The notes beneath the pieces are model-generated. The model saw only the letters and a list, made by a program, of their open reading frames with translations, had not been told where the DNA came from and searched no databases. Both the position numbers and the translations under genes were made by a program. This document shows positions 7,966 to 15,095 of a stretch of DNA of 15,095 bases, piece by piece; the first letter of the stretch is position 1, and the number at the start of each line of letters is the position of its first letter. Location: NCBI GenBank assembly GCA_043813875.1, contig JBDRKP010000010.1, forward strand, positions 1-15,095. Reading direction: 5' to 3'. The stretch is from an archaeon (lineage in GTDB: Archaea; EX4484-52; B79-G9).

Positions 7966-8976
7966 ATGGGGAGACGGCTGAAGAGGAAGAATTGGCTGAA
8001 GAGCATCATTTTTATAATTATTGCAATCGCTCTTGCGGCTATCGTACAGGATGAGAGCCTTGCAGATTATATCCGACCAGAGAAAACTGTGACTGAGACC
8101 AATATTGCGCCGGAGGTGTATTTCTGTCCTCTAGGACCATGCAGGGATATGCTGAACAGGCTGCTTGAAAGCGCTAATGAGTCAATACACTGTGCCATAT
8201 ATGATGTCGAACTGGTGGAGATACTTGAGACATACAAAGAAAAGAGCGCTTCAATCGAGACAAAGCTTGTGACGGATAAGGATAATGCAAAGCATCTTAG
8301 CGATATCGAGTATGTCGCAAATACCGGCACTTACCAGCTTATGCATAACAAGTTCTGCATAATCGATGGCAAGATCGTGTTCACGGGGTCGTATAACCCG
8401 ACTATCACGGGGATGCAGAATGACAATAATATGATGATAATATACTCAAAGTATATTTCTGATAACTATGAGAAGGAGTTCTCTGAGCTTTATGGCAAGG
8501 AGTTCGGAGGGGGATGCGATACGCCAAATCCCGTTGTCTATCTTAACGGGATGAAAGTTGAGAATTATTTCTGCCCCGAGGACGGGTGCGGCGAGCATGT
8601 GATGGAGGCGCTTATGGGCGCGAGAGAGTCTATTGATTTTATGACGTTTTCTTTTACACATGATGGTATCGGGGATACAATTGTCAATAAGCATAAGCAA
8701 GGGATTGCGGTGAGAGGGGTGTTTGAAAAGTTCCAGAACAGCCAATGGTCGGAGTATGAAAAATTAAAGGATGAAGGCATAGATGTCAGATTCGATACGA
8801 ACCCGAAGAATATGCATAATAAGGTGTTTATTGTCGATAATGATACGGTCATCACAGGATCATTCAATCCTACTAAAGCGGCTGATACTGAAAATGATGA
8901 GAATATCATCATCATACATGACAGGGAAATCGCAGGCAAGTATCTTTCAGAGTTTGCGAGAATATATGGCGGTTAG
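7966..8976 (+). CDS. Phospholipase D superfamily protein (two HKD motifs, Nuc-like), N-terminally membrane-anchored
   Basis: HNKFCIIDGKIVFTGSYN and HNKVFIVDNDTVITGSFN; basic N-terminus followed by a TM helix. The ATG directly follows the upstream TGA, with GGAGG upstream. Confidence 0.9.
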   Translation: MGRRLKRKNWLKSIIFIIIAIALAAIVQDESLADYIRPEKTVTETNIAPEVYFCPLGPCRDMLNRLLESANESIHCAIYDVELVEILETYKEKSASIETKLVTDKDNAKHLSDIEYVANTGTYQLMHNKFCIIDGKIVFTGSYNPTITGMQNDNNMMIIYSKYISDNYEKEFSELYGKEFGGGCDTPNPVVYLNGMKVENYFCPEDGCGEHVMEALMGARESIDFMTFSFTHDGIGDTIVNKHKQGIAVRGVFEKFQNSQWSEYEKLKDEGIDVRFDTNPKNMHNKVFIVDNDTVITGSFNPTKAADTENDENIIIIHDREIAGKYLSEFARIYGG

Positions 8977-9032
8977 TTATCGGCATGCAGTCAAAGCCTT
9001 GATTTGTGAGTGTATGCGCTTTGTTGCATCCT

Positions 9033-9058
9033 AAAAAAAATTGTCATTAATTTTTTTT
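9033..9058. terminator. Putative bidirectional oligo-T terminator
   Basis: AAAAAAAATT-GTCATT-AATTTTTTTT gives T8 on both strands, located between convergent transcription units. Confidence 0.55.
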
Positions 9059-9072
9059 GAGGATATCGGCAG

Positions 9073-9126
9073 GGTTCCATTGGAACCGCTATATAAGCGG
9101 ACAGGCAAATCTAGTTCTTAGGGTGA
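9073..9126 (+). promoter_or_regulatory. Promoter, palindromes and SD for a small ORF
   Basis: GGTTCCA-T-TGGAACC (9073-9087), CCGCT-ATATA-AGCGG (9086-9100) enclosing TATATAA, and GGGTGA at 9121-9126. Confidence 0.55.
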
Positions 9127-9130
9127 TTTT

Positions 9131-9223
9131 ATGACTAGGAAAGATGTGAACGAAGTGTTTAAAAGAGGATTGATTGAGCGATATGCGCGGGAAGACATAA
9201 GGGACATACTAAGCAGGATCTGA
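9131..9223 (+). CDS. Putative 30-aa small protein MTRKDVNEVFKRGLIERYAREDIRDILSRI
   Basis: ATG 4 nt after GGGTGA, an upstream TATA box, and an amphipathic helical pattern. Overlaps the MazG 3' end by 15 nt. Confidence 0.55.
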   Translation: MTRKDVNEVFKRGLIERYAREDIRDILSRI

Positions 9224-9544
9224 TGGCAGAGATGAATGTTTTCTTTTCCATCTGTTTTGGTCTCTTTTTTCGTATTTGGACATAGTGGTCCTGAAAGCGT
9301 CAACAAGTGAGATGTTGTAGGAATTCGCGATGCATATCAGGGCGAACAGGACGTCGCCAATCTCTGTTTTCAGATTATCGCCAGGTGTCTTTTTGAGTTT
9401 TTTGCTTTCGATGTTATTTATCTCGCGAGCGAGTTCGCCGGTCTCTTCAACCAAGGCCGCAAGCTGGGATAAAGGCGGCCAGTAGCCGTCTTCAAACTGG
9501 CTTATCCAGTCGTCTACTGTCTTTTGAGCAACTTTGAGTTCCAA
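9209..9544 (-). CDS. MazG-family nucleotide pyrophosphohydrolase (YpjD-like)
   Basis: YWPPLSQLAALVEETGELARE...EIGDVLFALICIAN...KYEKRDQNRW. Likely start is the TTG at 9544, just after the upstream stop and preceded by GGAGATGA. Confidence 0.9.
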   Translation of the reverse strand: MELKVAQKTVDDWISQFEDGYWPPLSQLAALVEETGELAREINNIESKKLKKTPGDNLKTEIGDVLFALICIANSYNISLVDAFRTTMSKYEKRDQNRWKRKHSSLPSDPA

Positions 9545-9548
9545 TATA

Positions 9549-10670
9549 TCATCTCCAGCGTCTTGCCAGCCAGGATTTGTAGGTGTAGATTGCGCCATCG
9601 GGGCATAATTCGTGGCAGCAGAAGCATTTTATGCATTTTTCGCGGTCGAATTCCGGATAGTCATCAAGGGTTATTGCGTGCGGGGGGCATACCTTTTTGC
9701 AGATGCCGCATCTTTTGCATTTGGAGATATCTACTCTTGGCTCGAATTTCAGTAAAGTTTTTGAAAGGTATGATTTTATGGGTTTTGGGATAAATCTGGT
9801 CATGTTCTGTGACTTTTGGATGTTGTATGCAGGCATCTTTATGTTGAATGGAGGTATTTTGTCACCGACTAGGTCTATTTTGCTTAAGTCGCCGACACCC
9901 AGGGATCTTTTTTCTGCTGCATCGACTGTGCCTATTGTCTCAAAGCCCATGAGACCGGAGCATATGGCATCAACTGATACGCAGTCGCTGCCGGCTGCGA
10001 GGATGCCGAAGTGCTTTTTTTCGCCGTGTGAGGGACCGTTGCCTTCCATGCCATCGATGCCGTCCATTATGCAGAAAGAGGGGTTTGATACAGAATAGAT
10101 GTCTGAGAGGACTTGTGAGAAGTCATCTTTGCCGAGAATATGGGCTTTCATGCGCTCGCCGAAGGGGATGCATCCGAAGAAGTTTTTGACTGCGCCCGTA
10201 TAGCCGGTCAGGATATGTGTCTTCATCTTAGGAAGCGATATAACTACGTCGGCATCCAACAGGTCTTTTGCAATCCAGAGCTTTTTCATCTGCAACGCTT
10301 TCAGAACGTCAACTTCTATGTAGCCGTTGTTTTTGAAATCAATTGCTTTTATCCCAAGATCATCACAGACGGCTCTTATTCCGCATACGTCAAGGCTGTG
10401 CAGGCCTTTGTCCATCTGGATGTTCTGTGTGTCGCCGACTATGGGGGTGGCGCCATGGTCCAGAATATGCTCTGAGACCGCTTTTACGACGGATGGGTGT
10501 GTGGTGATTGCGCCTTCAGGATCATTTGCTTTCAGAAGATTTATCTTCAGCAGCACGTTATCGTCTTTGCTTATCTTGATTCCGCCAGCCAGTCTTATGG
10601 ATCTATCAACAGCTTTTTTGACATTATCGTAATCATAGTCAGGGCATTTGACGACAGATACTTTGCTCAT
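9549..10670 (-). CDS. DUF362-domain protein with C-terminal 2[4Fe-4S] ferredoxin
   Basis: VLLKINLL, TTHPSVV, ISLPKMKTH...TGAVKNFFG, DGIDGMEGNGP, CKRCGICKKVCP and CIKCFCCHELCP. Minus-strand TTTATAAT at 10691-10698. Confidence 0.9.
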   Translation of the reverse strand: MSKVSVVKCPDYDYDNVKKAVDRSIRLAGGIKISKDDNVLLKINLLKANDPEGAITTHPSVVKAVSEHILDHGATPIVGDTQNIQMDKGLHSLDVCGIRAVCDDLGIKAIDFKNNGYIEVDVLKALQMKKLWIAKDLLDADVVISLPKMKTHILTGYTGAVKNFFGCIPFGERMKAHILGKDDFSQVLSDIYSVSNPSFCIMDGIDGMEGNGPSHGEKKHFGILAAGSDCVSVDAICSGLMGFETIGTVDAAEKRSLGVGDLSKIDLVGDKIPPFNIKMPAYNIQKSQNMTRFIPKPIKSYLSKTLLKFEPRVDISKCKRCGICKKVCPPHAITLDDYPEFDREKCIKCFCCHELCPDGAIYTYKSWLARRWR

Positions 10671-10701
10671 GAAGTAATTTTTGTTGCAGAATTATAAAAA
10701 T

Positions 10702-10849
10702 TCATGAAATTTTCATGCGATTGAATCATTTCAAGCTTTTTTATTGTGAAGAGATACTTTATACACAATAAAAAATCATGAAATTTCTGTGCTATTTTTG
10801 CATTTCAAGTTTTTTTATTGTCTGTATATAGTTTATACACAATAAAAAA
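10702..10849. repeat. Imperfect tandem repeat, 2 x 74 bp, each unit with an internal inverted repeat
   Basis: Units 10702-10775 and 10776-10849 share TCATGAAATTT, CATTTCAAG, TTTTTTATTGT and TTTATACACAATAAAAAA at an exact 74-bp offset. Confidence 0.9.
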
Positions 10850-11065
10850 TATTACTTTCAGGAGAACTTGTGGAATGTCCGATGCAAACCAAAGAATCGA
10901 GGGATACAGACCAACGTATTATAACTCCACATGAAATGAGGGGGTGTTCTGAAATGATGGAAAACGCAACGAATCACTAGCGTATATGTTATACGTTTGT
11001 TTTTAAGTAAAATACGGACAAAAATCATACATAGGTATAAATTATTGCCTTGCGAACAGCATGCC

Positions 11066-11224
11066 ATGAATCTGTATATTGCGGCAGCACTTGGGGCAAT
11101 AGTCTTTATCGCGGTGTATCTTGCGAAACTATATTTCGTGCCGGGTATGATAACTTCAGGAATGTTTATGACTCTGGTCTTCGTCCTTGCGGTGATTGTC
11201 GTATTTATCATCGCTTCAAATTAA
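11066..11224 (+). CDS. Small membrane protein, 52 aa, two TM helices
   Basis: MNLYIAAALGAIVFIAVYLAKLYFVPGMITSGMFMTLVFVLAVIVVFIIASN. TATAAAT at about 11036-11042 supports the ATG at 11066. Confidence 0.65.
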   Translation: MNLYIAAALGAIVFIAVYLAKLYFVPGMITSGMFMTLVFVLAVIVVFIIASN

Positions 11225-11891
11225 GGCCGAGAATCAGTGTTGCGTCATCGTTCCTGATATCTATCTTTTTTCTTATCCATGTGTCGAGGAGGTATCCGGG
11301 AGATGCGGAGACGATGTCAATTCCAAAGGGTTCTGCTTCCGGGAAAGGTACGGGCGGTAGGACGTAATCGCAATCGCATTTATCTTTGTAAAATTTTGGA
11401 CCTGTTGAGGTCATCTCGCCTATGATTATCCTGTCTTTTACGAGGAGGACGACCGGCATAGGAGGTGGGCGGAAAGCGAAATTGTGGGCAAATGCGATGG
11501 AGAGGTCTCTTGTGAGCGCGGAATAGATGCCTATGTTCTGGTGAGCGTCGGATAGCTCTATCTTTAGGGCCTCTTTTTTTTCATCCTCTGAGAGGAGATG
11601 CATGTTGTTGCATATCCCTGGGGTATCTTTTAATGTGCTGATTATTATTCCAGCGTGTTCATTACTTATGTGAAGTCTGGGCTTCATCAGAGCTATTTTT
11701 TTGAAGTATAGTCTTTCGATAGTATCGATACTGTCGGCAGTATCGGATGAGTCCATACAGGCATTTTTGTGGAATGAACAGGATGCGCAGTCAAAGCTGA
11801 TGCGTCCGGAGGAGTTTCTTTTGAATCCGGCGCCGGTCAATGTGTCGAAACATGGGTAAAGAGGACAGGAATAGAGCATATTTTTTTCCAT
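11208..11891 (-). CDS. Hypothetical protein with an N-terminal Cys cluster
   Basis: 227-aa ORF from the ATG at 11891, with Pro-rich motifs HNFAFRPPPMPVV, LPPVPFPE and VSASPG that I associate with an uncharacterised archaeal family. No function assignable. Confidence 0.7.
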   Translation of the reverse strand: MEKNMLYSCPLYPCFDTLTGAGFKRNSSGRISFDCASCSFHKNACMDSSDTADSIDTIERLYFKKIALMKPRLHISNEHAGIIISTLKDTPGICNNMHLLSEDEKKEALKIELSDAHQNIGIYSALTRDLSIAFAHNFAFRPPPMPVVLLVKDRIIIGEMTSTGPKFYKDKCDCDYVLPPVPFPEAEPFGIDIVSASPGYLLDTWIRKKIDIRNDDATLILGLNLKR

Positions 11892-11985
11892 AAATATCAA
11901 AACGCTTATAGAAATAAAACTTTTTATTTATAGTCAAAACACGGATACCAATATTTTAAAAAGGAAAAATAGGGATATTGATCCC

Positions 11986-14900
11986 TCACATACCTACAAG
12001 TAATCCTGCTTTTAAACAGATCCCCTGTATCCTGAAATCTGAACAAGAGCCGTTTCGGTTCTCAAAATATCCGCCACATCTATCCTTGCTACCCCATCTG
12101 TAGAATTCGGTGATTGGACCAGCAGTCGTGCCATCGAGCCGGTGGGTGTCAAAACCACAACCGGCAGCAATATAGCCGGCCGGACAATCAACGGTAGCTT
12201 CGCAGACGTTTCCATAAAAGGACGTAGCCTTCTGCCATAATTCTGTAACTGAGGTGGTATCTTTCAGACAGATGGCCTGTATCCTGAAATCCGAACAAGT
12301 GCCATTTTGATTTTCAAAGTATCCGCTACACCTGTTCTTGCCAGCCCATCTGTAGAATTCGGTGATCGGACCAGCAGTCGTGCCATCGAGCCGCTGGGTG
12401 TCAAAACCACAACCGGTAGCAATATAGCCGGCCGGACAATCAACGGCAGCTTCGCAGACGTTTCCATAAAAGGACGAAGCATTCTGCCATAATTCCGTAA
12501 CTGAAGCGGTATCTTTCAGACAGATGGCCTGTATCCTGAAATCCGAACAAGCGCCATTTAGATTTTCAAAGTATCCGCTACATCGGTTGTTGCCAGCCCA
12601 TCTGTAGAATTCGGTGATCGGACCAGCGGTCGTGCCATCGAGCCGCTGGGTGTCAAAACCACAGCCATTTGCAATATAACCTGCCGGACAGTCAACGGTA
12701 GCTTCGCAGACGTTTCCATAAAAGGAATTTGCAGCCTTCCAGACAACTGTTGATTCCCGGACTGAATCTGAAGGTATTATTATGGTCTTTGTCAAAATGT
12801 TGTTGTTTTCGTTGGATTCATCGACAGTGTTGTCGTAATCAACTATTGCTTTGAGTGTGTTTTCACCAACTTTAAAGTTGGGCGTGCCTCTTTTGTTCGT
12901 GAATGTCTGGCCTGGCCCCAAGTTGTTGAAACCAGAATCTCCGCCATTGAGGTCATTTAAATAAAACTGGAGTTTGAAAGCACCAGTGTCTTTGTTGCCC
13001 CTGTTTTTTATTGTGACATCATGCTGAAGCCTTTTAATGCCGTCTGAACCGGTGCTTAGGTAAAGATCGATATTTTCAACTGTGAGGTCCGGCTTTGAAC
13101 AATCAGGATCCTTTCCGTCTACAAGATCATCACAATCGTTGTCGATCCAATCCGTGCAGATCTCTGTTGCTCCCGGATTTATAGTGGGATTACGGTCATT
13201 ACAATCATTACATTCGCCATCGTATCCGTCATTATCGTTGTCGGTCTCGACATGATAGGAGATACATTTTGAACGTGATGTTCCCTGATACATACAATCA
13301 TAAACTGTGTAAAGGGATGTGCCATCAGAGTCATTTTTACATCCATCTAGGCCGCAGTCGCTATCTTTGGTGCAGACGTAATTCGGGGAACCTATTGTTT
13401 TTGCGAGAACATTGTTGTTTTCGTTTGATTCGTTGACCCTTCCTTCCCAGTCTATTGTCGCAGAGATATTTATATAATCGCCACAGAAGGCGCCGATTAA
13501 ACTGCAGGTATAACCACCGGTCAGCTCACACATACCTGGAGCGGGTACTTTGAATCTATAATAACGGTTGCCTGGGAACTCTGTTCCAGTATTCTCGTTC
13601 CTGAGCTTTATCAAAAAATCACTGTCGCTTGATCCAGAGCCAATGTTACAGTATTTTACTTTGATAAAGTAGGATCCATCGTAATAGATGTCGCGCACTA
13701 CAAGGTCTGGTTTTGCGGTCTCATTTATACAGGCACCATCGTAACAGCCGGCAGGGCAAGTATATGAAGTGGTCACCCCATAATCTAATACTCCGCCAGT
13801 AATATCTCTTCCACAGTCCTGTTCAATAAGTGTGTTGGTGTCCTTACAATAATCCCAGCCATACCCTGATAAATTTACATATCCTTTGACATAATAATCC
13901 GGACCGCCATCTGAGTCAGTGCATGTGTTTGTAGGAGCAGGCGCTGGCGCTGAAACGCATGCGCCGTCTAGACATCCTGAAAAACCATATGCTTTGCAAT
14001 TGTATGATACGGAGCCACAATGTTTTGGATCCTGCATCAAAGGCTCGCAAGTGTAATCTATCAAGTAATCGCTTCCTTCACAAACGTCAACATGAACTCC
14101 TTGTGCGTCTGTACAAGTGCCTTTTGTCCTGAGTTTCTTTAGGTTAGCTGCATCATCACCTACGAACTGATCTGTGTTTGTGCAGGTAGATGGTACATTT
14201 GTGCATCGTATACAGTAATGCTCTGTGTCTGGACTTAAACCGCAGCCGATTTCGCGGTTATACCATTTTTCTATCGCACCTACTGCATTGCATTGCCCGT
14301 TCCAGTCGGCGTATGTTCCACACCAGTATCCAGAACCATAAGTCTTTTCGCAATCGACAATATATTCCGATTGATCCTTTTCTTGATTGTAAACGCAGGT
14401 CAAGGCTGTGTTTGGATAAGTTAAATCGATGATATCTGTACCACCTTGTCTTACACAAGGCGCGTTTATGGAGCTTGCGCATTCATCTAAATTACAACAG
14501 TATTTCTCAACTGATTGCCTGTAGCTGCCAGAGTATCTGCCGGTAGTCTTGCATCTTAATGGAGATGAGCAGTCACTGTCTATGGTGCAGTTTTTGCCGT
14601 AAGATGAGGTCTCTCTACAAGCAAAACATTCGTTAGGCCCAAGTACGGTAATAACATGAGCATTGTTCTTTAAATCAATTTCAGCCCCATAGCAACCACC
14701 TAAATTTAAGGGTTCTGTACCATGATTGCGCCATACCCATAATTTTATGCCGCATATAGGGTGATTCTGTTCCTTGAGCTCAATCAAGTATTCTGTGCCT
14801 TGTGAATCCGTACAGCCTTTTTCAAGGACCTTTATGTCGTAATCATTCTTTGTCAATAAGGGTATGCTTATATGATTGTGGCATTGCGGCTCTGCACATG

Positions 14901-15095
14901 AAACACACTTACCTGTTATTGAGGCAGGAGTAGTGCAACTTGAGCCCTCAAGGTATGTGCCACGGCCCTGGCACTCCAGTTTCCAACTATTGTAATCGGA
15001 ACACCAGAAGGATTCACCGTATTTGTCACAATTGCTTGGTGGAGCGGGGACAGTATAATTGATGCAGACGCCGTCATTGCAGCCGTTCGGGCAGG
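11986..15095 (-). CDS. Large Cys-rich surface/adhesin protein (5'-truncated by the window): CTDSDGG-type repeats, two CARDB domains, an Asp/Cys metal-binding motif and three C-terminal 84-aa repeats
   Basis: The frame stays open from 14856 to the edge (CPNGCNDGVCINYTVPAPP...), so the protein exceeds 1030 aa. KPDLVV...NESNENNN and KPDLTV...DESNENNN are CARDB-like. DNDNDGY...DCNDRNPTINPGATEIC..IDNDCD is the metal-binding-type motif. Confidence 0.85.
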   Translation of the reverse strand, partial: CPNGCNDGVCINYTVPAPPSNCDKYGESFWCSDYNSWKLECQGRGTYLEGSSCTTPASITGKCVSCAEPQCHNHISIPLLTKNDYDIKVLEKGCTDSQGTEYLIELKEQNHPICGIKLWVWRNHGTEPLNLGGCYGAEIDLKNNAHVITVLGPNECFACRETSSYGKNCTIDSDCSSPLRCKTTGRYSGSYRQSVEKYCCNLDECASSINAPCVRQGGTDIIDLTYPNTALTCVYNQEKDQSEYIVDCEKTYGSGYWCGTYADWNGQCNAVGAIEKWYNREIGCGLSPDTEHYCIRCTNVPSTCTNTDQFVGDDAANLKKLRTKGTCTDAQGVHVDVCEGSDYLIDYTCEPLMQDPKHCGSVSYNCKAYGFSGCLDGACVSAPAPAPTNTCTDSDGGPDYYVKGYVNLSGYGWDYCKDTNTLIEQDCGRDITGGVLDYGVTTSYTCPAGCYDGACINETAKPDLVVRDIYYDGSYFIKVKYCNIGSGSSDSDFLIKLRNENTGTEFPGNRYYRFKVPAPGMCELTGGYTCSLIGAFCGDYINISATIDWEGRVNESNENNNVLAKTIGSPNYVCTKDSDCGLDGCKNDSDGTSLYTVYDCMYQGTSRSKCISYHVETDNDNDGYDGECNDCNDRNPTINPGATEICTDWIDNDCDDLVDGKDPDCSKPDLTVENIDLYLSTGSDGIKRLQHDVTIKNRGNKDTGAFKLQFYLNDLNGGDSGFNNLGPGQTFTNKRGTPNFKVGENTLKAIVDYDNTVDESNENNNILTKTIIIPSDSVRESTVVWKAANSFYGNVCEATVDCPAGYIANGCGFDTQRLDGTTAGPITEFYRWAGNNRCSGYFENLNGACSDFRIQAICLKDTASVTELWQNASSFYGNVCEAAVDCPAGYIATGCGFDTQRLDGTTAGPITEFYRWAGKNRCSGYFENQNGTCSDFRIQAICLKDTTSVTELWQKATSFYGNVCEATVDCPAGYIAAGCGFDTHRLDGTTAGPITEFYRWGSKDRCGGYFENRNGSCSDFRIQGICLKAGLLVGM
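12010..12744 (-). repeat. Three in-frame tandem 252-bp (84-aa) repeats
   Basis: Units 12744-12493, 12492-12241 and 12240-12010. CCTGTATCCTGAAATC recurs at 12024, 12276 and 12528. Confidence 0.97.

Noticed and set aside
10702..10849. Mini CRISPR array
   Set aside because: There are only two units, similarity runs along the whole unit with no unique 30-40 nt spacer, and no cas operon is present.
12010..12744. Diversity-generating retroelement TR/VR pair
   Set aside because: All three copies are in-frame within one ORF, differences are not adenine-specific (many C/T and C/G changes), and no reverse transcriptase is present in the window.
12012..12746. Three similar short ORFs (METSAKLPL...)
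   Set aside because: These are alternative-frame readings of the 252-bp repeats.

Overview
Archaeal genomic DNA, probably from a DPANN-type lineage (inferred from Hel308, a PAC2 proteasome chaperone, TATA-like boxes about 20-35 nt before many start codons, and Cys-rich CARDB surface proteins). The window encodes a low-GC SAM methyltransferase, the Hel308 helicase, a DUF6036/AbiEii-like nucleotidyltransferase with a partner gene, a Cys-rich lipoprotein, PAC2, a Cas4/RecB-like Fe-S nuclease abutting a membrane-anchored two-HKD PLD-family protein, MazG, a DUF362-ferredoxin, a small membrane protein, a hypothetical protein, and the 3' part of a large surface protein ending in three 252-bp repeats. 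The main observation is that the 3' end of hel308 occurs twice, 1728 bp apart. The copies share a 36-bp identical core, followed by two tails of equal length that differ largely at synonymous codons, and they bracket the nucleotidyltransferase/partner pair. This looks like an integrase-less mini-island that integrated into hel308 and swapped its C-terminus. Also not in the ORF track: a ComB-like gene stub at the island's right edge, a 30-aa ORF with its own TATA box, palindromes and SD, and a 74-bp tandem duplication of a dyad-symmetric promoter unit.
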